From NCBI GenBank assembly GCA_009914755.4, contig CP068257.2, positions 42,048,001 to 42,112,000 on the forward strand: a DNA stretch of 64,000 nt, in the 5' to 3' direction. The translations under genes and the position numbers were made by a program. Below, piece after piece: positions 1 through 15,118 of the stretch (position 1 is its first letter; every line of letters begins with the position of its first letter). The notes under the pieces were generated by a model. The model saw only the letters and a list, made by a program, of their open reading frames with translations. It was not told the DNA's origin and did no database searches. The DNA comes from the human T2T-CHM13v2.0 reference genome, Homo sapiens.

Positions 1-160
<160 letters not shown>

Positions 161-195
161 GTATTATAACGAATTTAGGACCTGACTCTTGTTGG

Positions 196-300
196 GAACT
201 GCAAGTAATAGAGAGTATGTGTATGTGTGAGTGTGTGTACATGCACCAGTATATATGTGTGTGTGCGTGTGCATGCACACATGCGTGAGTGTGTATGTTT
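196..300. repeat. Imperfect (GT)n / GTGTGCATG-type simple repeat
   Basis: gtgtatgtgtgagtgtgtgtacatgcac..gtgtgtgtgcgtgtgcatgcacacatgcgtgagtgtgtatg. Confidence 0.8.
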
Positions 301-732
301 AGGGAGAAGAGACTCTGAGAGACTGAGGAGCTCACCCAGCCTTTACAACTGGAGAAAATGAACAGTACGAATCCTGCAGCTCCACATAGCACAGATTTGT
401 CCCAGACACAAATGCCTGGTTCACTCATTGTCCAAAACACCCCCACCCCCAATGTTCACCCTTCCAGGAGCCACCCTACCAGCAGCTCCCCTTAGTCTGT
501 GCAGGCAGCCCTGGGCCCTCCCTTGGGAGGGTGAGTTGAGGCATGGGATGTGGCCTCACTGCCCTCCTTTCCTCAGAAGGCTCTTGGGCCTGCTCTCTGC
601 AGGGCCTTGAGATGGCCCTGCTTCGTCCTAGCAAGTGGGTGGGGTCGGCACCCAGGCAGGACGCTGTCTAAGGTGTTGAAGGGACAGCTGTCGGACCCAC
701 TTAATATGGGGCCTTGCTCTCATTTGGGACAG

Positions 733-926
733 AATTCAAGAAGACAGACAAGAGTATCTTGGTCAGTCCCACGGGCCCTTCTCGAGTGGCCTTCGACCCT
801 GAACAGAAGCCCCTCCACGGGGTGCTGAAGACCCCCACCAGCTCACCTGCCAGCTCACCCCTGGTGGCCAAGAAGCCCCTGACCACCACACCAAGGAGAA
901 GGCCCAGGGCTATGGATTTCTTCTGA
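733..926 (+). CDS. RRP1B: Terminal coding exon of RRP1B (ribosomal RNA processing 1B), C-terminal ~64 codons plus stop
   Basis: ORF track 714..926 translates ...EFKKTDKSILVSPTGPSRVAFDPEQKPLHGVLKTPTSSPASSPLVAKKPLTTTPRRRPRAMDFF*, which I recognise as the RRP1B C-terminus. An in-frame TAA at 702-704 forces the exon to start after it. The only AG is at 731-732, preceded by the pyrimidine tract ccttgctctcattt. Position immediately upstream of PDXK fits chr21q22.3 gene order. The 5' boundary is inferred. Confidence 0.6.
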
Positions 927-3610
927 GGAGCAGCAGAGTCCCTTGTAAAAGACTGCTTTTGTACAGAATGCGCTATAAATTATACCTTTAAGAATGTGGG
1001 GCCTTTTTTATGATTTTGTAAGTTCCCATAAGTTGTGTGCACGAGGTTCTGAGAGTGCCCGCAGGCTGCTGCGTCCTGGCCCCTCTGTAGTGGCTGCGGG
1101 CGTCTTGGTTGAATCTTTTGCTACAAACCATGTTTGCGTTTGAGCTCTCCAGGATTTTACATTTTTGGGTAACCTCAGTGATTCCCATTGGTGTAGGAAA
1201 TGAGACCCTCTCTGAAGCTGAGGAGAGCACGTTGATCTGAACTTTAAATCAATCAGTGCTGCTGGCACAATGAAAGGTGGAACTGCACTTCTGTTGAGCT
1301 CTCAGTTCTGCGGAATTTGGTACTCATTACCGTATTCGCCGTACTAAGTTGGTTTCTGTTAGTCTTAACAGTCTGTTTTCTTTTAAAAGCATGTAGGGCT
1401 TCATTGCCATGTTCTGTGGGTGTTTGGCAGGTTACCGATGGGGAAGATTCTTGTCACAGAATCAGCAATACCATAGTTTTTCTACATGTGCTCAGCTGGG
1501 GGTGTGGACAGGTAGGGGTGGGGAAAGAAGAGGCTCTGCGTTCTGGGGGCTTTTTCTTCTCCTCCCCCTACCCGGTTTCCCTCCCTGTTTTCCTACCTCT
1601 ACGGCAAGCCCAAAGTGTCTTCCCGGGAGCCCAGCGCAGCCCCCGGCTCTTACCCAGGACCCCGCCCCGTGCTGAGCCTTCTGCTGAGGTCCTTGCGTGG
1701 AGCACACTCATTCCTCCAAGCCCTTGCGCTCCCGTTTCTCTCTCTCTCCGTCCACGTTCCAGCCGAGTCACTGCCTGACCGGCTCCATGGCAGCTCCCCA
1801 TCTTCCCTAGAGGCTGCCTGCGCATCTGGAGCCTGCGCTCCGGCTCAGCGACCTTTCCTCTCAAATGCGGAAGCGTGCACTTACAGTTCAGACCGTTCTC
1901 CTGTAAGTTCATTACAAACACGGGCGGAAGGCACTCAGGCTTTCGTTGGAGAAACAGAAATAAGGCCTTCTTTTGAGCAGCGATTGCTGGATCATTGATC
2001 TGTTTGAGGAAGTGTCTGACCTGGGCCTGAGAGCTGGAGAAGGTGCAGATTCAAAGTGAGCGGCTCCTGAGGAGAGCCGCCAAGGCTGCTCGCCTTCTCC
2101 GTGGCTTCCGCAGCTACCGTCTGCACGGTGAGAGGGCACGGGCACACGGTTCGGGCTGGCGTGCAGCTCTCCCAGCCAGCCACGCTCTGCTCAGGCCTGG
2201 AAGTGAAAGCCGCCTCCTTCCCGTTATGCCCCCCATACAGGAGCCTCGGTTTTTCAGCAAAACGCGGCCAGTCCCCTTCTCCACTGCTGCCTCCCAGCAG
2301 AGGGCCCCAGGATCTCCAAGGTCCCAGCTATGGCTTTGGACAACGTGGCTTCGGCCCCTGGGGTTGCAGAGCTTGCATTGGGTTTACCTCGGTCTCATTC
2401 ATTCATGGAGCCAAGGGTGGGGTTTCACCTGCGAACATCAGACTGACTTGCTGGCGTCAAGAGCAGTTGACTCACTGATGAAGGCCCTGGTGAGGAGAAA
2501 GCACTCTGTTCTTCGCCTACTCTGTAATCGTTTTGTCATAATGAGCCATGAAAAAAGTAATGAACTTGTGCTGTTAATCGTCACTGTAATGAGAAGTCTT
2601 ACGTACAACATAGCTGTGGTGGCTTAATGGCTGCATTAGATAGGATCCTCACATCCCATTCAGAACCAAAACTGATACAGTGAAACAATTAAGGTGAGCA
2701 AATAGTTTTAACTTTTCTTTTTTTTTTTTAAGTTTCATTCTTCCTAGAATATTTTTCTAACAATTTTTATTTCAGCTTTAAAGATGGGTCATATAGCCAA
2801 ACGGGCCATATAATCCAACATTGTTGAGATGTCTTAGGACATCTAAGGCAAAACTGGCACATTTGTTCTGCAGACTATTGCAGGAATGTTTTTTCCTAGC
2901 ATTTCTATATTATCTGTCCATTCTGAGGAACCAGTGAATGTCCTATAAATGCACCTCCTGTCAAAACCATGCCTGAGAGGTCCCGGCTGGGAGTGACAGG
3001 GTGCTTCTTAGATTCTATTGGTCCTTCTCTCATTCTCCGAACTTACTCCTTTTTATGGGTAAGTCAACTAGGTTTACAGTCCCTTATTTTTAATGCCTAA
3101 GTTTTGACAGCAGGAAGAAAACAATTTTTTAAAAATTCTCATTACATAGACGCACAAGAATATGTCACATAAAGAAAATGTGTTTAGAATACTGGTTTTC
3201 TATTTACGCATGATATTTTCCTAAGTAAAATTGCCAAGTGGACTTGGAAGTCCAGAAAGGAAAATAATTTAAATTAATGCTGGTGATCTTAACAATATTT
3301 TGTAAAATGATGCTTCCCCCTTCTCCATGGTCTAGTCAATTTTGTACAATTAGGTATCTGACTTTACAAGTTTGTTATCCTTTCTAATTTTTACTGAACT
3401 GAAAGCACAAAGAAGACTACACAGAAAATCTGGAAACAGTTGCAGGTGTTGGGAGGAAGATGAAATCGAGCTGTCTTTTAACTTTTGTATGTGTTTTATC
3501 AGAATTTGCTGGACTATGCTGGCAAGGACTTTGTTTACGATCAAATTGTACTAGTGTCTGCAGGGTTTGTCAGTACTCGTCAAAGCCAAGTCCAATTAAA
3601 AAAAAAAGTC
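927..3610 (+). other. RRP1B: Probable RRP1B 3' UTR; extent uncertain. AATTAAA at 3594 is followed by a genomic A-run
   Basis: It follows the stop codon with no further splice-like coding signal. The recalled transcript length (~2.7 kb 3' UTR) puts the poly(A) site near 3600. The A-run could instead be an internal-priming artefact. Confidence 0.3.
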
Positions 3611-3956
3611 TTTGCCCTCCAATTTGTGTTTGATGTTGACTTTCAGTATGGGTAAAAATAGGCCTCTTTGGGAGCTGTTCCAGCACAGCAGAGTTGGGAA
3701 GATATTGGTGTTGGTCGGGTTTGAAAACAAGACTCTGGGTACCATTCTCTTCATCTCTCTGCTGCTGCCAGAGCCGGTGGGGGCGCTGCTCCGGGGATCG
3801 TCTCCAAGTGCTTGAAGCAGGCCTCACTGCGCACAAATGCCCTTGCTCACTATCGTGTCTAAAACATCACTCCACAGGCCTACGCTTGTGACGATGAGCG
3901 GAGAAGTGCCAGTGTCCCGGGTGGAGATCTCCCACTGCAGCCCAGAAACTGACTCC

Positions 3957-4050
3957 AGCTAGGGTGAGGCGGGCACAGGGAGGCTGCAGCTGGGTGAGGC
4001 GGGCACAGGGAGGCTGCAGCTAGGGTGAGGCGGGCACGGGTGGGCTGGTA
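3957..4050. repeat. ~31-bp tandem repeat x3 (tagggtgaggcgggcacagggaggctgcagc)
   Basis: Three consecutive near-identical copies. Confidence 0.8.
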
Positions 4051-4235
4051 CCCAGCAGACAGCCTGTTCTGGGTGTTGGCAGTGGGTGTGGTCAGTGTTG
4101 GGCAAGCAGAGTACAGGCATGGCGGAGTCTTTATAGGCCCGTGTTCCCCGAAACAAATTTTTCACCTGTTCTTTGGATCCCAGACAAGTCCACAGACAGA
4201 CACTGAACAAGCAAGCAAACAAAAACAAACCCTGG

Positions 4236-4540
4236 GCCAGGCGCGGCGGCTCACCCCAGTAATCTCAGCCCTTTGGGAGGCCTAGGCAGGCAAGTCGCTT
4301 GAGTCCAGGAGTTTGAGACCAGCCTGGGCGACATGGCAAAACCGTGTCTCTACAAAAAAAAAAAAAAAACAAATAATTAGCCAGGCGTGGTGGCGTGCAT
4401 CTGTAGTCCCCGCTACTTGGGGGCCTGAGGCAGGAGGATTGCTTGAACCTGGGAGGTCACGGCTTCAGTGAGCTATGATCATACCACTGCACTCCAGCCT
4501 GGGTGACAAAATGAGACCCTGTCTTTAAAAAAAAAAACAA
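4236..4540 (+). mobile_element. Alu, + orientation
   Basis: ggccaggcgcggcggctcacc...ccagcctgggtgacaaaatgagaccctgtctttaaaaaaaaaa. Confidence 0.9.
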
Positions 4541-4760
4541 GCCCTAGAGGAAGAAGGAAATCTGTTGTAATGTATTATTTAAAATGTCCAGTTTTCAACA
4601 AAAACAAGGTAAGACATTCAAAGAAACAAAAGAGTGTCACATACACAAGGAGCAGAGAGGCAATAGACTGGCTTTGAGGGCACCCAGGTGCTGATCTTAG
4701 CAGACAAACTTCAACCAGCCCTTATCAATATGTTCCCATCACTAAAAGAAACTATATTTA

Positions 4761-5092
<332 letters not shown>

Positions 5093-5727
5093 TTAAAAGA
5101 AACCAAATAGAGATATAGACGTTAAAAAGCACAGTAAGAGAAATCAAAACTTCAATAGAGTTGAGACCCTCTAGTGAAGTTTTTATTTCAGTTATTGTAG
5201 ATTTGAGGCGGTAGAAGAATCAGCAAACTTGTAGATTAATAGAAATTATGTAATCTGAAAAAAAAAAATTGATGAACAGAGCCTCAGAAATGCAGGACCG
5301 CCAAGTGCCACAGCACACACAGCAGCAGGACCACAGGAGAAAAAATACTCAAAAAACTCATGGCCAAAAACTTGCCAGCTTTGAGTTTATCTTCCTTGGA
5401 GTGTGTAGAGTTTCTTAGATGTGTACACTGATCAAAAACTGCACACATCTAAGCAACTCCACACCCTCCCCCAAACACAGCTGAAATGATGAAACTCAAA
5501 ATGTTGAAAGAGAAAACTTCAAAGCAGCCAGAGAAGGACTCATCACATACAAGAGAACCCCAGGAAGATTAAGATTTTTTTTAAACCTGATTCAGATTTT
5601 TTTTTTGACTTCTCATCAGAAAAAAAAAAAAATACACTGAAGGCAGGGATGAGATACTCAAAACGCTGAAAGAAAAAAGCCAAGAGCCCTTCTTAAGTTG
5701 AGGTGAAATTCACATAACCTTTTTTTT

Positions 5728-6018
5728 TTTTTTTTTTTTTAAGACAGTCTTTGTCACGCAGTCTGGAGTGAGGTGGTGTGATCTCGGCTCATTGCAACCT
5801 CCACCTCCTGGGTTGTTCAAGCAATTCTTGTGGCTTGGCCTCCCAAGAAGCTGGGATTGCAGGCATGCGCCACTACGCCCAGCTAATTTTTGTATTTTTA
5901 GTGGGGACAGGGTTTTGCCATGTTGGCCAAGGCTGGACTCGAACTCCTGGCCTCAAGTGATCTGCCCACCTCGGCCTCCCAAAGTGCTGGGGTTACAGGC
6001 GTGAGCTGCTGTGCCGAG
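5728..6018 (-). mobile_element. Alu, - orientation
   Basis: Leading poly-T then gacagtctttgtcacgcagtctggagtgaggtggtgtgatctcggctcattgcaacctcc...gcgtgagctgctgtgcc. Confidence 0.9.
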
Positions 6019-6061
6019 TGGCATAATCATTGTTTAAAGTGTACAGTTCAGTGGCATTTAG

Positions 6062-6614
6062 TGTTGGGAAAAGGGCTTGTGGAATGCCTGTATAAACTGG
6101 CCATGAAAATATGGGACAATAAGTTGTGGAAAGCCACAAGAGGCCTCTGAGGAGGAAAGCCTCCTAATCGCCATCATGTTCGCATGCTCAGAGTGAGACC
6201 CGCTCTTATCTGTAAACACTGTGTTCAAGGAGAAGGACACTCCTTTGAAGCACTGGACTGTGGACAGACACACGAGCTCCTGGTTAAGCCCGCTCCCACC
6301 AGCTCCTGTCCGATAAGTTAAAGATACGCTGTTTGAGCACAAAGGAGATTCATTGAAACCGGTATTGCTGTAGATTACGCCTATGACGCACTGCCTCCCT
6401 TTCACTGTTTCGCCCTGAACATCTGCTTCTCAGATCTAAGTGACTGTACTCAATAAATAGCGTGGAGACCAGAGCTCAGTGCCTTTTGCAGCCTCCATTT
6501 TGCCACTGGCCCCCTGGCTCCTACCTTTATGAACTCTTAACCTGTCTCTTCTCATTCCTTTGTTGCCACCGAACTTCGGGTACGCTGTGGGTGGTGTTGA
6601 GGCTGGTCTCCAAC
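6062..6614 (+). mobile_element. Solo LTR, ERVK-like family (TGTTGGGAAAAGGGC...AATAAA...CCAAC), flanked by 6-bp TSD ATTTAG (6056-6061 and 6615-6620)
   Basis: TG..CA-type termini. An internal AATAAA at ~6453 precedes a TGG-rich U5-like end. There is a perfect 6-bp direct repeat on both flanks. The same family recurs at 45991-46959. Exact RepeatMasker family not determinable by eye. Confidence 0.7.
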
Positions 6615-6911
6615 ATTTAGTGTATTGACAATGTTGTGAGACCACACCTCCATCTACTGCAGGCATTTCATCACCCCAAGAGAAGGCCCGCACTCGCTGA
6701 GCAGTCAGCCCCGCTCCCCTCCGTGCCAGCACCTGGCAGCCAGCACTTTGTGTTTCTAGATATTTCATAAGTGTGGACTCGTGCTCTATGTGGATTAAGG
6801 TTTTGCCAAACGTGTCACCTGTCCCCCCTGGTGTGAGGATGTCTCTGAGGTTCCTGAGAGACTGGGCTGGCAGAGGATGTGCATGTTTCGTTTTAGAAGG
6901 TGCCATTCCCG

Positions 6912-7215
6912 GCCGGGTGCGGTGGCTCATGCCTGTAATCCCAGCACTTTGGGAGGCCGAGGCGGGCAGATCACAGGGTCAGGAGATAAGACCATCCTGG
7001 CCAACATGGTGAAACCCTGTCTCTACTAAAAATACAAAAATTAGCTGGGCGTGGTGGCACATGCCTAGAGCCCCAGCTACTCAGTAGGAGGCTGAGATGG
7101 GAGGATCGCTTGAGCCCAGGAGGTTAAGGCTGCAGTGAGCCATGACTGCACCACTGCACTCCAGCCTGGGCGACAGAGCAAGACCCTGTCTCGAAGGAAA
7201 AAATAAAAATAAGTT
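6912..7215 (+). mobile_element. Alu, + orientation
   Basis: ggccgggtgcggtggctcatgcctgtaatcccagcactttgggaggccgaggcggg...cctgggcgacagagcaagaccctgtctcgaaggaaaaaataaaaataa. Confidence 0.9.
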
Positions 7216-8166
7216 ATGGGCAATATGGCATTGTGTCCTCAAACACTCCAGCCTGCATTACCAGGTGACATTCCTCTCTATAACTACATCGCCATGGTTA
7301 CAGGAAACCAACTTAGATCAAGGACATCTTCACACAAGTTCACGTTCAAATTTCCCCCTAGTTGTTCTCAAAACATTTTTTCTTACCGGGAAATAACCAA
7401 GGATGTGCAGTGATTCTTGTCTAAAGTCTCTCTTCCAGAGTGTCTGCCCCTCATTTTTTCTGATACTGCATTCTTGAAGAGTGTGTATAACTTTGACCCC
7501 GCAGCCCAGTGGGTTGCTTCTGATTGCCCTGGGGATGATCTAGCAGGGTTGTGGCCTGTCCACTCTGTCACAGGGACCCCTGTGTGGGAAGTCCTGGACA
7601 TCCAACGCCCCTGACAGTGCTCAGCCCCTGATTGACGGCCTGGTTGCTATGACAACTCCAACCTCAGCTTTCCAGCTTTCTCTAGGAAGGGATAACCCCC
7701 CTTGGCCCAGCATCAGGACCCAAATCCAGAGCTCACAGGCTGGTTTCCCCGACTTGGTCCTAGTGCAGCTCAGGGCAGCACGTGGGCTGGCGTCTTCCTG
7801 TGTGTCCAGGCGGGCAGCCCGAGGAGGCCTGTTGTAACCCAGCCAGAGTGCTGAGCCGGCACCGTGGGGACACAGCAGACTCCAAGAAGACATCATCTTC
7901 TCCCCAGAGCTCCTGCTTCTCAAGCACAAATTGTCATCTAACTTTAGTCTCTAAACTGTGGATCTACCTAGGACCACAGAGATCAATAAATTCCAGGGTT
8001 AGCACAGCAGGCAGCAGACACATGGCTGGTTTTTGCAGCGCCTGAGAATAAACTATTATTGTACCAACTTCCCAGCTACGTACCGCTTTTCTATAAATGA
8101 AACATAAGCCAAGCCAAAGTTTTGTTTAAAAACATAAAGCTAAATGCAGAAACATGACTGGATTTA

Positions 8167-8662
<496 letters not shown>

Positions 8663-8939
8663 CCACACACACACACACAGCTGCAGCCAGGTGAGGGCCC
8701 CATCCTCGGACGCACCCACACACTGACTCACTGAAGGTGGGTGCAGATCAAGGAGTCCCAGGCACTCTCTCCTTTGATAAAAATGCTTGGCACGCCCGCC
8801 GAGTATCCAGGCAGTGCCAGGCGCTGGGATACAGGCCAGAAAGACAACAGGGACTGCTTGGAGTCCAGGGACCAGAGAGGAGATGAGACCTGCGACACCA
8901 TGCAAGCCACAGCTGTCACTTTCAATTTCCTTGCACACT

Positions 8940-9236
8940 TTTTGTTTTGTTTTTGAGACTGAGTCTTGCTCTGTTGCCAGGCTGGAGTGCAGTGGCGCAA
9001 TCGGCTCACTGCAACATCCATCTCCCGGATTCCAGCGATTCCCCTGCCTCAGCCTCCCGAGTAGCTGGGATTACAGGTGCGCACCACCACACCTGGCTTA
9101 TTTTTTTTTTGTATTTTAGTAGGGACGGGGTTTCACCATGTTGGCCAAGATGGTCTCAATCTCCTGACCTCATGATCCGCCCACCTCGGCCTCCCAAAGT
9201 GCTGGGATTATAAGCGTGAGCCACTGCACCCGGCTG
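8940..9236 (-). mobile_element. Alu, - orientation
   Basis: tttgttttgtttttgagactgagtcttgctctgttgccaggctggagtgcagtggcgcaatcggctcactgcaac...gcgtgagccactgcacccggc. Confidence 0.9.
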
Positions 9237-11482
9237 TAGACACATTTTTTAAAAGAGAAAAAGAAACTGTCAATCTTTTTAAATAATGTATTTCCAAAAT
9301 ATAATTTCAACACGTAATTAATATTAAAAAGTATTAAGATATTTTGCAGGCTTTTTTTTCTGTAGTAAGTTTCCAAAACCAGGCGTGTATGCTGATGGCA
9401 CGCGTCGCCTGGCACTCTGGAGTCACATGTGGTTGCAGCTATGATATTGGCCATGGCGATTCTACAGCTAAAGCCGAGAGGAAGTTTGTCCAGAGAACAA
9501 GTCGGGGTGGGGATCTCAGTAGAGGGAACCGCACCTGAGTAGAGGCACAAAGGAGGGAACAGCCAGTGCAGCCAGGATGTAGGGGGGCTGGCCAGGGACG
9601 GCCATGGGGGCCGTGGGGGCCGTGGGCAGGGTTTGGGCTTTGTCCTGTGCACACTTCAGGAGCCACTGGAGAGCACCCACCAGGCAGCAGGGGAAGGAAG
9701 GGTCAGAGGCCCGGATGGACCAGAGGCGGGAGGGCAGCCAGGCCTGGGGCCCACACCTGGGCTCAGCGGGCAGGATCGGAGGACCGGCTTCTGGTTGATG
9801 TGGGGAGGGCCCAGGGAGAATGGGGAAAAGAAGACAGGGAGGTTTCCAGAGCGTGTCGGCCTCTCTCCTCGTTTCCTGATCCACCTCATCTCCATGGGCA
9901 CGTTTTCCTTCTGAGAAGAGCTGGGAAGCCCGTCAGCAGGCGGGCCTCTGTCCTCACCTCCACTAACCTGGCCCTTGCAGGCGTCCCAGGCTTCCAGGGC
10001 CAGCCCCCTGGGGTTTGGCACCCTGCAGCCTCTGACTTTCTCTTCACTGCTCCTTTGGGAGCACGTGCCAGAAGAGACACTGCCTCCGTGGCTGGCACGG
10101 ACGACGACGCCCAGCAGGCAGCTGTCTCAGGAGGACAGGCCCAGCTGCAGGAAAGGGCAGCCCCGGGCTTCTGGCAGGGGCTGAGGCAGGGAGGCCAGCC
10201 CTACCTGGGGGCTGGAGGTGGCGTTGAGTGGGGGTGTAGGGGGTCCGCAGACGGCAGCTGAAGCCCCTTCTCTGCAGGTTATGCTGGTGCGATTCCCTTT
10301 TAGGAAGTAGAGTCCGTGTGGAGAGAACGGTGAGCCGCCTGCGTCCTGTTGCGATTCAGCCCCTGTGTCTTCCCGGAGGGCCCTGCGCCCGCCTTTTGTT
10401 CCTAGGACTCGGTGCCTTTCTGAACCCAGTCTAAAAATTGCCGCAGCTCTTTCTGGCGTTAGTCACTGCCTGGTGATTAAGGCTTCAGTCCGTCAATCTT
10501 TAAATCCTACAATTATTTCTCCACCCAGGTTTTTAAGAATAAAAGTTGAAAATGTACTGAACTGACAGCTACCGGATTTGATTCCTATTTGATTCGTACC
10601 TTTCCCGAGTGGCCCCGATCGCCACCGCAGCGCCACGTCCTGGCAAATCATTCACGCCGACCTTGAGAACTCAGCAGAGGTGCAGACTGACACTCAGCCC
10701 CGCCCCCTATCACGGGCTTTCTGCGGGTGAAAGGAGACGTTGCTTTTGTTCCCCACAAGCAACTGCAGGCAGTGCTACTTATTTTTAACACAGTTGAGCG
10801 GGCAACTTTATCTTAAATGATTATGTGCTGAAATCTGCTGATGAAAACGCTATAAGATGGGCATGGGCAGGGGTGGCCGCCAGATGTGTTCTGCGTGACA
10901 GCTTTTTCTGAACCTGCTGGACAAAGTCCCCACTTGTTGCCCGCTCAGCCCCGGTCACAGCCCCACCTCGCCGGGGCTTGTCTTCAGTTCCTCACACTGC
11001 CACGCTCTTGACCCACTCATTGGCCTCTTTGTGGGGACCCTTCAGCCAGAAGGCCCTTCCCCTTTCCTGCCCAGCTCTGGCCCAGACCTGCCACATGGAG
11101 GCTGTTAGAGGTGGAATGTCTGAGGCCTCCAAATGCATGTGTTGAAACCTAATCCCCAGAGGGATGGTATTTGGCGATGGAGTTTCCCAGAAGTGGCTTG
11201 GTTTGTGCTGGCTGCTATAGCAAGTACAGTCATGGGTCGCCTAGTGAGATCTGTTTTGAGAAATGCATGCTCGGGCGATATCACTGTCGTGCAGACCTCA
11301 CAGCATTCACTCACACAAACCCGGCTAGCACAGCCCGTGACACACCTCAGCCCTGTGCTGTAACCTGCTGTTCCCAGGCTACAAACCTGCAGAGCATGTC
11401 ACTGCACCAGATACTGTGGGCCCCCTTGACAGTGGTGAGCTCTTGTGTATCTAAATACAGAAAAGGCATAAAAAATAACGTG

Positions 11483-11807
<325 letters not shown>

Positions 11808-12202
11808 CTATGGGACTTGTGGCACTTGACTGGACCATAAACTGCTTATAAACAACAGAAATTGATTTCTCAAAGTTCTGGAGGCTGGAGGTCCAAGATG
11901 GAGCACCGGCAGATCTGGTGTCTGGGAGAGGCCAGGCAGCTCTTTGGGGCCTCTTTCACAAGGGCACAAATCCCATTCCTGAGGGCTCCCCGCAACGACT
12001 TCATCACCTCCCAAGACCCCACATCCTGATACCCTCACCTTGGGAGTTAGGTTCAACCTATGCATTTGGGGGGACACACTCAGTCTCTAGCAGTTGGGTA
12101 GACCCAAGATTGCCCTCAGGAGCTCCTTTGGGAGGCGCTCTCTATTGGGTCCAGTGCCAAGAAAAAATATCTGACTTGTATTTTGTAGAGGCTATGTTAT
12201 TA

Positions 12203-12534
<332 letters not shown>

Positions 12535-12544
12535 TCAGCTTGAC

Positions 12545-12990
12545 AGCACTCCTGCGGTCACAAACACAGACGCGGCCACGAAAAAGAACGAGATCATGTC
12601 CTTTGTAGCAACATGGATGCAGCTGGAGGCCACTGTCCTGAGTGAATCGATACAGGAGCTAAAAACCAAATACCCCATGCTCTCAGTTACAAGTGGGAGC
12701 TAAACATCGGCGCCCATGGACATAAAGACCACATGCTCTCAGTTACAAGTGGGAGCTAAACATCAGTGCCCATGGACATAAAAGACCGCAACAGTAAACA
12801 CTGGGACCACCAGAGAGGAGAGGGAGGGAGCGGGGAAGGGCTGAGAAACCAACTGCCGGAGACTATGCTCAGTACCTGGGTGCAGGATCATTCGCACCCC
12901 AAACCTCAGCATCACGCAGTATACCCAGGAAACAGACCTGCACCTGCATCCCTGAATTAAAAATAAAAGTTGGAAAAGAAAAAAATAGAC
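12545..12990 (+). mobile_element. L1 (LINE-1) 3'-end fragment (end of ORF2 plus 3' UTR), + orientation, containing an internal 58-bp tandem duplication (12675-12732 / 12733-12790)
   Basis: gatcatgtcctttgtagcaacatggatgcagctggaggcc...ccatgctctcagttacaagtgggagctaaacat...catggacataaa... matches the canonical L1 3' region (gagttcatgtcctttgtagggacatggatgaagctggaaacc..ctcactcataggtgggaattgaacaatgagaacacatggacac). It ends in an A-rich tail ...aaaataaaagttggaaaagaaaaaaatag. Confidence 0.75.
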
Positions 12991-14152
<1,162 letters not shown>

Positions 14153-14344
14153 AGAACTGTTTGCATCATTAGATAAAAAATAAAGCTTAATTGAAAAACA
14201 GTATGATTTCTATCATATAAAAGCAAACATAGAAAATGAGTCGTATGGCAAACCACAGCCTTGCTCCCGACATGCCTCACGAGCCCCATATACCCACAGA
14301 GGCCAGGAGCAGCCAGACTCACTGGCTTTACAGTTTGGTTTTGT

Positions 14345-14480
14345 TTGTTTTAACTTTTTTGCAGAGAACGGGGTCTCCCTATGTTGCCCAGGCTGGTCTC
14401 GAACTCCTGGGCTCAAGCAATCCTCCCGCCTTGGCCTCGCAAAGTGCTGGGATTACAGACATAAGCCCCGTGCCTGACCG
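14345..14480 (-). mobile_element. Partial Alu / free left Alu monomer-like fragment, - orientation
   Basis: gagaacggggtctccctatgttgcccaggctggtctcgaactcctgggctcaagcaatcctcccgccttggcctcgcaaagtgctgggattacagacataagccccgtgcctgaccggc. Confidence 0.75.
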
Positions 14481-14489
14481 GCTTTATAG

Positions 14490-14822
14490 TCTTTTTTTTT
14501 TTTTTTTAGACGGAGTCTCACTCTCTCACCCAGGCTGGAGTGCAGTGGCGCAATCTAGGCTCACTGCAAGCTCCACCTCCCGGGTTCACACATTCTCCTG
14601 CCTCAGCCTCCCAAGTAGCTGGGACTACAGGCGCCCACAACCACGCCTAACTTTTTGTTAAATTAGCACACCATGCTAATTTTTTGTATTTTTTTTTTTT
14701 AGTAGAGACGGGGTTTCACCGTGTTAGCCAGGATGGTCTCGAACTCCTGACCTCGTGATCCGCCCGCCTCGGCCTCCCAAAGTGCTGGAATTACAGGCGT
14801 GAGCCACCGTGCCTGGCCGACT
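14490..14822 (-). mobile_element. Alu, - orientation (small internal insertion)
   Basis: poly-T..agacggagtctcactctctcacccaggctggagtgcagtggcgcaatctaggctcactgcaagctcc...ggcgtgagccaccgtgcctggcc. Confidence 0.9.
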
Positions 14823-15007
14823 TTACAGTCTTAAACGGGTTGTTGTGCTCCCTTTTTCTTGGGTGGGGGGGTTTGCACACCTTCAGTTGAATTCGTGCAA
14901 GTTAGAAGAGATTCCACCATAGTGAAAAAGTGGTGACTCTACCTAAATGTCCATTAACTGAGAACACAGCTGGCTGAAGACAGCCACAGAATAGTCATAT
15001 ACTGGAG

Positions 15008-15118
15008 TAAAATGCAGTCACAGGCTGGGCGCGGTGGGTCACACCTGTACTGTCTGCACTTTGGGAGGCCGAGATGCCAGGAGTTCAAGACAGGCTGGGC
15101 AGCAGAGTGAGCCCTGTC
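15008..15118 (+). mobile_element. Truncated Alu monomer-like fragment
   Basis: ggctgggcgcggtgggtcacacctgtactgtctgcactttgggaggccgagatgccaggagttcaagacaggctgggcagcagagtgagccctgtctg. Confidence 0.65.

Noticed and set aside
3594-3610. AATTAAA followed by A9 as the RRP1B poly(A) site
   Set aside because: It is not rejected outright, but it cannot be supported. A genomic A-run right after a weak signal is the typical signature of internal oligo-dT priming, so I did not annotate a terminator.
9566-10261. 231-aa + strand ORF in a GC-rich intergenic patch (also a small repeat ggccgtgggggccgtgggcag at 9601-9630)
   Set aside because: Low-complexity Gly/Arg/Ala/Pro composition, with no recognisable domain and no splice-site context. 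Most likely a GC-rich non-coding or regulatory patch. It is kept only as a weak candidate distal element.
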